NCBI GenBank assembly: GCA_024276515.1 | Contig: JAJRXB010000198.1 | Location: 1-55,549, forward strand | DNA from: Chloroflexota bacterium | Lineage (GTDB): Bacteria > Chloroflexota > Anaerolineae > 4572-78 > NAK82 | DNA length: 55,549 nucleotides | Direction of reading: 5' to 3' | In this document: piece by piece, positions 35,828 through 45,237 of the stretch | Numbering within the stretch: position 1 is the stretch's first letter | How the letters are laid out: each line of letters opens with the position of its first letter | Translations under genes and position numbers: made by a program | The notes under the pieces: generated by a model | Database searches by the model: none | What the model was told of the DNA's origin: nothing | The model's input: only the letters and a program-made list of their open reading frames with translations

Positions 35828-36613
35828 ATGTTAAAGACTACGAAGACCACAAACCATCACCACCTTTCTGGAATAGTAGACAGGCTCTCCAAAGCCGCAG
35901 CGCGGAGGATGTTGGGGACTATCACTCACGTTTCAACTCAGGATGCCGTTGTTGGCCTCACTTTTGACGACGGTCCCCATCCCGAATTCACGCCACGCCT
36001 GCTGGAGATCCTGGACAGGCATCAGGTGCGTGCGACTTTCTTTATGGTTGGCAAGGTTGCCCAGCGCCATCTGGAGCTTGTCCGGCAAGTGGCCCAGGCC
36101 GGACACGCTATCGGCAACCATTCTTGGGATCACCCATCCTTCCCGTTGATCACGCGGCGGGAGCGGTATGCCCAGCTCCGTGCCTGCGCGCAGGCCATCG
36201 CCCCTTACGGACAGCGGTTGTTCCGCCCACCGTATGGTCATCAGAGCGTGGCGTCGCGCTTTGACGCTCTGGTGCTTGGTTATCAGGTTGTTACCTGGAA
36301 TGTAGTTGCCCAAGATTGGCTCGATCGAGACGCAAACTGGATAGTCAATCGGGTAAAGGAGCGGATCAGGCCCGGCAGCATCGTTCTTTTCCACGACGCG
36401 CTTTGTGATCTGGAGGCGGAGCAATACATCGATCGAGGACCGATGCTCGCAGCGGTTGACATGCTCCTGGAGCGACTCGGCGACCGTTTTCGCTTCGTCA
36501 CCATACCCGAGTTGCTTCGCCACGGTTGCCCGCAAAAGCGAAACTGGTATCGGAGAGGGAATGTTGAGTGGTTGGACGCTCTTATAGATCAGACACGACC
36601 GTCAAGATCATAG
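35828..36613 (+). CDS. Polysaccharide deacetylase (CE4 / NodB homology domain), no signal peptide
   Basis: LTFDDGPHPEFTPRLLEIL, ATFFMVG, GNHSWDHPSF, LFRPPYG. Confidence 0.92.
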   Translation: MLKTTKTTNHHHLSGIVDRLSKAAARRMLGTITHVSTQDAVVGLTFDDGPHPEFTPRLLEILDRHQVRATFFMVGKVAQRHLELVRQVAQAGHAIGNHSWDHPSFPLITRRERYAQLRACAQAIAPYGQRLFRPPYGHQSVASRFDALVLGYQVVTWNVVAQDWLDRDANWIVNRVKERIRPGSIVLFHDALCDLEAEQYIDRGPMLAAVDMLLERLGDRFRFVTIPELLRHGCPQKRNWYRRGNVEWLDALIDQTRPSRS

Positions 36614-36624
36614 AAAGAGAGTAA

Positions 36625-36738
36625 CTGCTCAGGCATAGGTGCCAGGCACTTATAAAAGCGTCTTTTTGCCAGGTTGATAGCGCGTACAAACTGATTTTGG
36701 CTCAAGTTATCTACCAAAAGTGCCTGGCACCTGAGTAG
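36625..36738 (+). repeat. 114-nt hairpin element, copy B (21 nt upstream of the GT2 start at 36760)
   Basis: See copy A. The differences are 1 base at position 3, 4 bases in a 12-nt patch, and 1 base near the right arm. Confidence 0.9.
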
Positions 36739-36759
36739 GTAGTTGCGAAAGAGGGATTT

Positions 36760-37635
36760 ATGAAGCTGAGTGTGGTCATCCCATGTTACAACGCGGCTGA
36801 CACGATTGCCGAGCAGCTTGAAGCGCTGGCCAGTCAACGCTGGTCGGAGCCGTGGGAAGTGGTCGTAGCCGACAATGGCTGCACGGACAACTCGATGGAG
36901 ATCGTCAGGCAATATCAAGGGCGGTTGCCCAACCTCCGCATTGTGGACGCATCGGCCCGGCGGGGCTCCCCTTACGCTTTGAACACCGGAGTCGAGGCTG
37001 CCCGTGGCGAGTCTCTCGCCTTTTGCGATGCCGACGACGTGGTCGGCGACGGATGGCTGCCCGCCATCGGCCAGGCACTTTCCAAATACGATTTCGTCGC
37101 CTGCCGCTTCGACACGGAGAGGCTCAATCCCCCCTGGCTTCAGAAAAGTCGTAGCAATTACCAGAAGGAAGGACTCCCCAAATATCGCTATCCCCCTTAT
37201 CTCTCTCACAGCGGCGGCGGGGGCATGGGAGTGAAACGTGACCTTCACCAGGCCATAGGCGGCTTCGACGAATCGCTGCCCATCCTCCACGATACCGATT
37301 ACTGCTGGCGACTTCAACTGGCTGGCGTGGAACTCCATTTCGTGCCGGATGCCGTGATTCACGTCCGCTATCGCAAAACCTTCCGAGGCATCTACAAACA
37401 GGCGCGGGGCTATGCCGAGTACAATGTACTTCTATACAAACGATACCGGCCACTTGGGATGCCCGCACTTTCTTGGAAGAGAGGGGCACGCAGGTGGGTG
37501 CGCAGGTGGATACGCCTGCTCAAACGCCTTCCCTGCCTGCGTTCTAAGGGAGACCTGGCCAATTGGGTGTGGCAGATTGGCTGGCAGGTGGGACGACTGC
37601 AAGGCAGTATCAAACACCGGGTTCTCGCTCTTTAA
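36760..37635 (+). CDS. Glycosyltransferase family 2
   Basis: LSVVIPCYNAADTIAEQLEALASQ..WEVVVADNGCTD, FCDADD. The C-terminus GRLQGSIKHRVL parallels GRLRGSLRYRTL of the paralog. Confidence 0.9.
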   Translation: MKLSVVIPCYNAADTIAEQLEALASQRWSEPWEVVVADNGCTDNSMEIVRQYQGRLPNLRIVDASARRGSPYALNTGVEAARGESLAFCDADDVVGDGWLPAIGQALSKYDFVACRFDTERLNPPWLQKSRSNYQKEGLPKYRYPPYLSHSGGGGMGVKRDLHQAIGGFDESLPILHDTDYCWRLQLAGVELHFVPDAVIHVRYRKTFRGIYKQARGYAEYNVLLYKRYRPLGMPALSWKRGARRWVRRWIRLLKRLPCLRSKGDLANWVWQIGWQVGRLQGSIKHRVLAL

Positions 37636-37686
37636 ACGAGCCTGCCATTGCCGGGATAAACCAGCGCCGCAAACACAAAGAGAGCT

Positions 37687-38559
37687 ATGACAACCATGAT
37701 AACGTTTAGACCGAACTCGAACGTAACCAAACTGGTGCTCCTGACGACCCAGCGCTCAGGGTCCACTTACGTCCGACTTTGGCTGAACAGCCATCCCAAC
37801 GTTCGGTGCCACAGTGAAATATTCTATCGAGAGTACCCTGCTGCGGATGGTTTCAAAGCTTATTGCGAAGCCAATAGAGTGCGGCGGCTACTCTACCACA
37901 CATTGGGGAAACGTAAGTGGAGCAGGTCACCGTACAATTTCGTCATCAAATGGCTCGTCGAGCGCTTCTTACATAATCTTTACCGCAATCCAAAGTTCTC
38001 TGCCCCCTGGACGGATATGACGACCGATGCCTGGGTAGAATACCAGCCCAGAGAAGACGGTGGCCAGGAGAAGGTGGTCGGATTTCAGCTTATGTACGAT
38101 CAACTGGCCCGCTACAGCCCCCTGCAAAAGTGGGCAGCCGAACCTGACGTCTCTATCATCCACTTGATAAGGGAAAATGCCGTGAAATTGCTCATCTCCA
38201 GAATCGTGGCCAAGAAGACAGGGGCGTATCAATTTGCTCGAAAGAAGGGACCAAGGCCAAAGGTCTATCTGGATCCAACCGAAACAATATCTGAATTGAA
38301 CCGAATCGTGGGCTTGCGGGAAAAGATGAGAAAAAAATTCTCGAACAATCCATATTTGGAGATCACTTACGAGAGGTTCTTCTCTGAGTATCCCGTCGAA
38401 TCAGAAAGGGTATTCGCCTTTCTGGGGATTCCGAAAGCGGAGATGGAATTCCCTGCGTTTTTGAAGAAGTTGAATCCCAATTCTCTGGAAGACCTGGTGG
38501 AAAACTACGATGAGATCGCCGCGGCCTTGAGGGGAACACCTTACGAGCAGTTCCTGTAA
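37687..38559 (+). CDS. PAPS-dependent sulfotransferase family protein (Stf0-like)
   Basis: 5'-PSB loop LLTTQRSGSTYV and 3'-PB-like HLIRENAVKLLIS. No TM helix or signal peptide. Confidence 0.78.
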   Translation: MTTMITFRPNSNVTKLVLLTTQRSGSTYVRLWLNSHPNVRCHSEIFYREYPAADGFKAYCEANRVRRLLYHTLGKRKWSRSPYNFVIKWLVERFLHNLYRNPKFSAPWTDMTTDAWVEYQPREDGGQEKVVGFQLMYDQLARYSPLQKWAAEPDVSIIHLIRENAVKLLISRIVAKKTGAYQFARKKGPRPKVYLDPTETISELNRIVGLREKMRKKFSNNPYLEITYERFFSEYPVESERVFAFLGIPKAEMEFPAFLKKLNPNSLEDLVENYDEIAAALRGTPYEQFL

Positions 38560-38579
38560 ACGTCCGGGGAGAGATTGGC

Positions 38580-39281
38580 ATGATCCTCAGAAGGCTTCTT
38601 AAAAGGGCAACGGTCAGGTTAGGCATCTTGATTTATCAGGCGAATAACAAGATTGCGCGTGAGACGTTGCCGGAGTTTGGGAACACCCCCCGAAACTTGA
38701 GGATTGACTTACCCCGGCGGATTGTCAACCCCGAAAGGATGTTTCTCGGAGATGACGTCCGGTTGGGGCCAGGTTCCTTGCTCGTGGCCATCACCCATTA
38801 TCCCACGCCACCGATGCAACATCCAGAGAAGAACCAGGTCAAGCAAGAATTCAACCCAAGAATCGTCATTGGCCATCGAGTTACCGCAACCAGCAACTTG
38901 ACCGTGGCTGCGGTGAGCGAAATCGCCATCGAAGACGATGTAATGTTCGCTTCCAACGTCAATCTCACCGACGGCTTGCATGGATACGAGAACGCCAACG
39001 AGCCATACAAGTATCAAAAGATGTTCAGAATTGCCCCGATTCGGATTAAGCGAGGCTGCTGGATCGGTCAAAACGTGGTCATCCTGCCCGGTGTGACAAT
39101 TGGCGAGTACGCCATCGTGGGGGCGAACAGTGTGGTCACGAAAAGCATACCCGATAGGTGCATTGCCGTGGGAGCCCCCGCCCGAGTTATCAAGAAGTGG
39201 GATGACACCACTCAAAGCTGGGTTCCGGCAGCAGAAACAGAGACAAAACAAGGGGCGTCTGCTGGCATCGCCAGAGCTTGA
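38580..39281 (+). CDS. Hexapeptide-repeat (LbH) acetyltransferase
   Basis: IKRGCWIGQNVVILPGVTIGEYAIVGANSVVTKSIPDRCIAVGAPARVI. Confidence 0.88.
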   Translation: MILRRLLKRATVRLGILIYQANNKIARETLPEFGNTPRNLRIDLPRRIVNPERMFLGDDVRLGPGSLLVAITHYPTPPMQHPEKNQVKQEFNPRIVIGHRVTATSNLTVAAVSEIAIEDDVMFASNVNLTDGLHGYENANEPYKYQKMFRIAPIRIKRGCWIGQNVVILPGVTIGEYAIVGANSVVTKSIPDRCIAVGAPARVIKKWDDTTQSWVPAAETETKQGASAGIARA

Positions 39282-39362
39282 GTGTAGCCTTGTGAACCGC
39301 CGTATCAAGGGTGAGCACGATGTTTCAGCCACCTTCGCAAACTATTTTTCGAGGTCGATAAA

Positions 39363-40355
39363 ATGAACGACTCCCGTCCACTGGTGACCATCGCTATACC
39401 TACGTACAACCGGGCAGATGGCTATCTGAGACAAGTCCTCGAAAGCGCCATCAACCAAACGTATCCCAACGTCGAGGTCATCGTCTCTGATAATTGCTCA
39501 CCCGATGACACAGAGACCGTGGTGAAGAGCTTCTCCGGCCCCCGCCTCAGATACTTTCGGCACGCAGAAAACATCGGGCCCAACAACAACTTCAACTTTT
39601 GCGTTGAACAAGCAGCGGGCGATTACTTTTTATTGCTTCACGACGACGACCTGATAGACGAAGATTTTGTGGACGTTTGCATGCAAGCTGCCGATCACCG
39701 CACCGACGTTGGCATCATACGAACCGGCACCCGCCTGATTGATGCTCAAGGAGACGTGCTCAAGGAACGACCCAACCGGGCTGGAGGGCTGTCAACCGCC
39801 GACTTCTTTAGAGGCTGGTTTACGGGCAAAACCTCTCTCTACCTTTGCAGCACATTATTCAACACCCGCCGGTTAAAGGAGATTGGGGGGTTTCAATCCA
39901 AGCACAACCTCTTCCAGGACGTGGTCGCAGAGGTTCAACTGGCAGCTAAATTTGGCAGGGTGGACGTGTACGAGGTGAAGGCCAGCTTCCGCAAGCATGA
40001 TTTAGGGATGACCTTTTCTTCCAAAGTGGACCAGTGGTGCGAAGACTCCCGGTTTTTGTTGGATCTTATGTGTGATTTGGTGTCCGAAGATCAGGTGCCG
40101 GCGGTGAAGCGCGACGGGACACGCTACTTCTCTCGGATGAATTACGATCTGGCCGGCAGAATCCAATCGCCCTTGGAGCGCCTGACCACGTACTGGACGA
40201 TCTACCGCACGTTCGATTACCGGTATCCTCCTTTCTACTTCTCCCTCTATCGAGAGAATCGGCGGAGAATCCGGCGTGTAGCCGCAAAAGTGAAACGTAA
40301 GCTGATGCGGACGAATCTGGAACGAACGAGGCATTCGGAGCAGAAGTCGTTATGA
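39363..40355 (+). CDS. Glycosyltransferase family 2
   Basis: VTIAIPTYNRADGYLRQVLESAINQTYPNVEVIVSDNCSPD, LLLHDDD. Confidence 0.9.
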   Translation: MNDSRPLVTIAIPTYNRADGYLRQVLESAINQTYPNVEVIVSDNCSPDDTETVVKSFSGPRLRYFRHAENIGPNNNFNFCVEQAAGDYFLLLHDDDLIDEDFVDVCMQAADHRTDVGIIRTGTRLIDAQGDVLKERPNRAGGLSTADFFRGWFTGKTSLYLCSTLFNTRRLKEIGGFQSKHNLFQDVVAEVQLAAKFGRVDVYEVKASFRKHDLGMTFSSKVDQWCEDSRFLLDLMCDLVSEDQVPAVKRDGTRYFSRMNYDLAGRIQSPLERLTTYWTIYRTFDYRYPPFYFSLYRENRRRIRRVAAKVKRKLMRTNLERTRHSEQKSL

Positions 40356-41599
40356 AAATCGCCTTTCTCCTGTTCCATTGGCCGGTCCTATCTGAGACTT
40401 TTATCATGAACCAGATAACCGGCCTGTTAGACCGGGGCCACGACGTGGATACCTACGCCATAAGCCCTGGTCGCGAACCGGTAGTCCACGAGGACATCGA
40501 GGCATATCGGCTCCTGGAACGCACGTTCTACTACGGCAACTCCTCCCAAAGGCTACCGGCCAACAAGTTCGTCCGCGTGGCGAAAGCCATCGGGCTGTTG
40601 ATCAAACATGCCGGAGACCCGCTGCCTTTGCTGAGATCGCTGAACATTTTTAAGTTCGGAAGGATGGCCTCCTCGCTGGGCATATTCTATACCGTGGTCC
40701 CCTTTCTGGGAGCCGACAAGTACGATATCGTACACTGCCACTTTGGCCCAAACGGCAATTTGGCAGCCTTGCTAAAGGACGTCGGCGCGATCAAAGGTAA
40801 GATCGTCGTCGCGTTTCACGGCGAGGCAGGGTACGTCGGCGAGAAACGGCACGAGAAAGGGTTCGCGCCTCTCTTCGAAAAGGGCGACTTGATGTTGCCT
40901 ATGAGTGAGAGGGAAAAACAAAGCCTGATCAAGTTGGGATGTCCCCCGCAAAAGATCGTGGTACATAGAATGGGAGTTGACCTGAGCAAATTCGCTTTTG
41001 TCCCTCGTCGGCCAAGAGGTGACGGGGCCGTGCATTTGCTGACGGTCGCCCGGCTGGTGGAGAAGAAGGGAATAGAGTACGCGATCAAAGCGGTGGCAAA
41101 GGTCGCCCAGAGACATCCGCAAATAACCTACAGCGTAGTCGGCGATGGCCCGCTGAGAGCTGAGTTGGCCAGTCTGATAGAATCGTTATCTGTCGATGGC
41201 AAGATTAAACTCCTGGGCTGGAGACGGCAAGAGGAAATTGTAGAGTTTATGAAGGGGGCAGATATACTGCTGGCCCCCAGCGTGACCAGCGCCGACGGGG
41301 ACCAAGAAGGAATACCGGTGGCCTTGATGGAAGCGATGGCACAAGGGTTGCCTGTGCTCAGCACCTGGCATTCTGGGATACCTGAGTTGGTCCAAGATGG
41401 TCAATCTGGTTTCCTCGTGCCTGAGCGTGACGCCGAGGCCCTGGCGGACCGGCTGGAATATCTCGTCGAGCACCCCAAGCTCTGGGCCGAGATGGGGAAA
41501 GCCGGCCGAGATTACGTTGAAAAGCATTATAACATCAATACCTTGAACGATCGACTGATTCAGTTATACCAACGGCTGCTGGCTGGAGACCTGTCGTAA
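40352..41599 (+). CDS. Glycosyltransferase family 4 (WcaL-like)
   Basis: MKIAFLLFHWPVLSETFIMNQI, GRLVEKKG-type ARLVEKKGIEY, EGIPVALMEAMAQGLPVLST. ATGA overlap with the upstream gene. Confidence 0.9.
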   Translation: MKIAFLLFHWPVLSETFIMNQITGLLDRGHDVDTYAISPGREPVVHEDIEAYRLLERTFYYGNSSQRLPANKFVRVAKAIGLLIKHAGDPLPLLRSLNIFKFGRMASSLGIFYTVVPFLGADKYDIVHCHFGPNGNLAALLKDVGAIKGKIVVAFHGEAGYVGEKRHEKGFAPLFEKGDLMLPMSEREKQSLIKLGCPPQKIVVHRMGVDLSKFAFVPRRPRGDGAVHLLTVARLVEKKGIEYAIKAVAKVAQRHPQITYSVVGDGPLRAELASLIESLSVDGKIKLLGWRRQEEIVEFMKGADILLAPSVTSADGDQEGIPVALMEAMAQGLPVLSTWHSGIPELVQDGQSGFLVPERDAEALADRLEYLVEHPKLWAEMGKAGRDYVEKHYNINTLNDRLIQLYQRLLAGDLS

Positions 41600-41603
41600 C
41601 AGC

Positions 41604-44003
41604 ATGACCGGGCAAGCGACCCCTTTCCAAACTCTGATGAGAAAGCAATTTTGGCTGGCCACAGGTTTGGGACTGCTGATGGTCTTGGCCTTGTGGAACC
41701 TGGTCTCGGCCGCCGGCCCACCAGGGGATGGCCCCGGCCCCAAAGATGGCCGGCAGGTGGCATTGGTCTCTACTGCCGCCGAGTGTCTGGTCGTGGAAGC
41801 CGGCAAACCCAACCACGTTTCGACCACGTTGCAGTTGGTGTGGAAAGGTCAGATAGACAAAGCCTTTTTAGTGCTCTCGGTGGCCGGTTCCGAGGGGGAG
41901 CATAGTATCTACATAAACGGTCAGCGCGTTGCCAACGTGCCTGTTCAACCCGAAGGTGAGCCCTGCCAGGCCACCATCCCTGCCAGGATTCCTGTTCCCG
42001 CTTCGGCCCTGGTCCGTGGACAGAACCGGATTACCATCACCAATGATGCCGACGTCCACGATGGTTGGACCGCAGCACAAGTATACCTGGAAATCCACGG
42101 CGTGCTCAGCGGCCCGCCGGTGGCTGCGTTAGAGGCCACGGCCCCGATTTCATCTCGCCAGGAGATAGGGGCTATGGAAGTTATATCAGGTGCGGTGCTC
42201 TTGACCAGCACTTATGAACTGGCGCAAGGAAGGGTGATCAGTCAGGTGGTGTGGTATCAGGTCCCTATGAGTTATACCGGAGGCGTCTCTGTTCCCCTCA
42301 TAATCGCTTTGCACGGCATGGGAGATACGGGCGAGTGGATAAGAGACTATCTGGCCGAGGAGGCTAACAATCGGGGCTGGCTATTAGCCGCGCCGGATAT
42401 GCACGGCCGCTACTACATCAACCACGGTAAGTATGCTTTGGGCTGGGTCGGGGCACAACACGATATTATAGATACTATCGAGTATATGATGTCTGAATAT
42501 CAGGTAGACCCTTCGCGTATTTACGTCGCTGGCGGCTCTATGGGGGGGCAAACAACCGCTATGATGACGGCCAAGTATCCCGACGTGTTCGTCGCTGCCG
42601 TACCCTGGAAGCCCTTCACCGATTTAGCTCAGTGGTACTACGAAAGAGAAGCCCTGGGCGATCCTTATGGCGGCAACGCAAGAATCAGAAACGAAACAGG
42701 GGGAACACCTTCGACCGTTCCCTTTGAATACCAACGGCGCTCACCCATCGAGATGCCGCAAAACAGCCGCCTGGTCCCCATCAAAATGTGGCACGACGTG
42801 GATGATCAACTGGTCCCGATTCATCACTCTCGAGATTGGAGAGACGCCATCAACGGATGGAATCCGCCGACGCCGGTGACGTTGATCGAAGTGCCCTCGT
42901 GGGCGAACGACTGCCCTCCCGATAGCGAGGGCGACCTGGAGCATTGCTACGACCCGCCTCCATCCGATATTTTCGATTTCCTGACCGGCTTCACCCGCGA
43001 CACGGAACCGCCTGTTTCGCTCAGTCTTCGCACAGACGAATCCAAGCCTTATTACTGGCTGAACGTTGCCCAAACGGGGGGCGACCACTGGTCAGAGATC
43101 GGAGCTATGTATAGCCTGACCGATCAAACAGTATCGGCGACCATTTCAGACACCCACCCGCTGACTCTGGCCTTCAATCTTGGTTCAACCTCCATAAGGG
43201 GCCCGGGGGGCGTGGACCGCCCAGGGATGGGATTGCCGGCGACCACGTACCTGGTCGACGGCGGGGGCAACAATTACCTGTACAATTATGTATCTGGCTA
43301 TCTCACCACCACCCTGACGACCACAGGCCAGTTCTCCCTGACCATCTCCGCCATTCGTGTAGAAGCGTCGGCGTCTCCTTCTATGGTTTTGGCGGGGCAG
43401 GATGTCACTTCAACCATACAGGTCAGTGTGCAAGACCAGCAGGCCCACCCCGCCCCGAACGGAATTGTCGTTGAATTTTCTACCACCGAAGGCACCTTCC
43501 CCAATTCCGGTTCCACCTATACCCAAACGCTCGCCGGGGGCCAGGCTGAAACCACGCTGACCCTGGAGCCTGAGCACACGCTGGCTCAGGTTACAGCCCG
43601 CGTTGAAACAGTCACCGGCACCACGTCCGTGGACGTCATCCATCCGGCTGTACATATGCTGGTGACGCCCAGTCTGACCGAGACTCTCTATGGAGAAACC
43701 GTGACCTACACCTACCGGGTGACGAACACCGGTGACATCACGCTGACCACCGTGACGATAACAGACGACCTGGGCACACCGGGGTACAGTGGCGACGACC
43801 TCACCATCTGTGGAAACATCACGCTGGGTGCAGGAACAGCGGCCAGTTGTTATCGCAGTGCGATGCTCACCCAAACCATAACCAGCACCGCCACAGTCGC
43901 CGGACAGGACCCTTTGGGCAATGAAGTTGCCGATGTTGATTCGGTAACCGTCGCCGTCCAGGAGTGGCGGATTTATCTTCCCTTACTACTGAAGCGTGGC
44001 TGA
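41604..44003 (+). CDS. Secreted/anchored multidomain protein: N-terminal beta domain, alpha/beta-hydrolase (esterase/peptidase S9-like), Ig-like and DUF11-like repeats
   Basis: N-terminal hydrophobic segment FWLATGLGLLMVLALWNLVSA. LIIALHGMGDTG, nucleophile elbow GGSMGG, WHDVDDQLVPIHHS. C-terminal Big_1-like segment and VTYTYRVTNTGDITLTTVTITDD. Confidence 0.75.
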   Translation: MTGQATPFQTLMRKQFWLATGLGLLMVLALWNLVSAAGPPGDGPGPKDGRQVALVSTAAECLVVEAGKPNHVSTTLQLVWKGQIDKAFLVLSVAGSEGEHSIYINGQRVANVPVQPEGEPCQATIPARIPVPASALVRGQNRITITNDADVHDGWTAAQVYLEIHGVLSGPPVAALEATAPISSRQEIGAMEVISGAVLLTSTYELAQGRVISQVVWYQVPMSYTGGVSVPLIIALHGMGDTGEWIRDYLAEEANNRGWLLAAPDMHGRYYINHGKYALGWVGAQHDIIDTIEYMMSEYQVDPSRIYVAGGSMGGQTTAMMTAKYPDVFVAAVPWKPFTDLAQWYYEREALGDPYGGNARIRNETGGTPSTVPFEYQRRSPIEMPQNSRLVPIKMWHDVDDQLVPIHHSRDWRDAINGWNPPTPVTLIEVPSWANDCPPDSEGDLEHCYDPPPSDIFDFLTGFTRDTEPPVSLSLRTDESKPYYWLNVAQTGGDHWSEIGAMYSLTDQTVSATISDTHPLTLAFNLGSTSIRGPGGVDRPGMGLPATTYLVDGGGNNYLYNYVSGYLTTTLTTTGQFSLTISAIRVEASASPSMVLAGQDVTSTIQVSVQDQQAHPAPNGIVVEFSTTEGTFPNSGSTYTQTLAGGQAETTLTLEPEHTLAQVTARVETVTGTTSVDVIHPAVHMLVTPSLTETLYGETVTYTYRVTNTGDITLTTVTITDDLGTPGYSGDDLTICGNITLGAGTAASCYRSAMLTQTITSTATVAGQDPLGNEVADVDSVTVAVQEWRIYLPLLLKRG

Positions 44004-44031
44004 AACAGCCGTCCCGGAGCAGGGGCACACG

Positions 44032-45225
44032 ATGCAAATCACCCTATTTGCCAACGTATCGCCCAAGATGAACCCTTACATCGCTCTGCTACAGCAGGCC
44101 ATACAGCCTTACTGTGAAGAAAAGGTTATGGTTTGGCCGCGCTTCTCGCCGGGATGGGTGTTGCGGTATGGCAGGGCCGGTCACATCGCCCACATCCATT
44201 GGATTGAGGCGCATCTGCGCCCCCGGCCCTGGTTCGGGCCTCGTCCGAGCGGCTATCGCTACCTGATCAACCGGTTGGGGAGCAATCGCCTGTCCCGACC
44301 GGTGCGAGCTGCCATTTTGCTCGTCAAGCTGGCCCTGGCCCTCACTCTGGCGCGGTGGATGGGGGTGCGGGTGGTCTACACAGTGCACAACTTGCAGGCT
44401 CATCACGAGCCCGGCTCTTTTTACGTGTCTCTCAACAGGTTGGCCAACCGTTTGGTTTTCGCCTGGGCCGATGCCGTGCATGTGCATAGTCGCCACGTGG
44501 CAGAGGTCGTAGCACAATCGTATGGACGAACCCGAAACGTGTTTGTGATTCCTCACGGCAATTATGTGGGCTGGTACCCGAACGCCGTCTCTCGGGCCGA
44601 AGCCCGTCTCCGCCTGGGGGTGCCCGGCGAGGATTTTGTCTATCTCTTCCTGGGGCAGATCGCCCCTTACAAAGGGCTGGAGAACCTGGTGGAGAGTTTC
44701 GTCTCCCTGGATGATCCGTCGGCCTGGCTGGTGATTGCGGGTAGGGTAGACAAGGCAGACTACGGTGCGCACATTGCGGCGATGGCCCGGCATCCCCGCG
44801 TGCGCTACCGACCGGGGTTTGTGCCCGACGAGGACGTGCAGGTCTATTTCAACGCGGCCGACGTCGCCGTGTTTCCTTATCAGAAGATCACCACCTCAGG
44901 TTCGATTCTGTTGGCTCTCTCCTTTGGCTGCCCTGTCATCGCGCCGTCCTTCCCCCTTTTCGCAGAGCTTGTGGGTGAGGAACGGGGAGTGCTGTATGAC
45001 CCAACGCAACCGCAGGCTCTCGGCCTGGCCTTGGACGAGGCCAGGCCGGTGGACTGGCACCCACTTGGGCCCTCGATTCAAGCCTGGGTGCGACGCTTCG
45101 ATTGGTCGCTCATAGGCACTCAATGGCTTGACCTCTACCGCTCTTTGATCGCACCGGAAAGTCTGCCGACTATGGGGCCGACCAGAGCCAATCCGGTTCC
45201 AGAGGGAAATGGCGAGAAAGGCTAA
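44032..45225 (+). CDS. Glycosyltransferase family 4
   Basis: FVYLFLGQIAPYKGLENLV, LVIAGR, FNAADVAVFPYQKITTSGSILLALSFGCPVIAP. ATG at 44032; a GTG alternative lies at 43996. Confidence 0.85.
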   Translation: MQITLFANVSPKMNPYIALLQQAIQPYCEEKVMVWPRFSPGWVLRYGRAGHIAHIHWIEAHLRPRPWFGPRPSGYRYLINRLGSNRLSRPVRAAILLVKLALALTLARWMGVRVVYTVHNLQAHHEPGSFYVSLNRLANRLVFAWADAVHVHSRHVAEVVAQSYGRTRNVFVIPHGNYVGWYPNAVSRAEARLRLGVPGEDFVYLFLGQIAPYKGLENLVESFVSLDDPSAWLVIAGRVDKADYGAHIAAMARHPRVRYRPGFVPDEDVQVYFNAADVAVFPYQKITTSGSILLALSFGCPVIAPSFPLFAELVGEERGVLYDPTQPQALGLALDEARPVDWHPLGPSIQAWVRRFDWSLIGTQWLDLYRSLIAPESLPTMGPTRANPVPEGNGEKG

Positions 45226-45237
45226 GAGGCATCGCCG

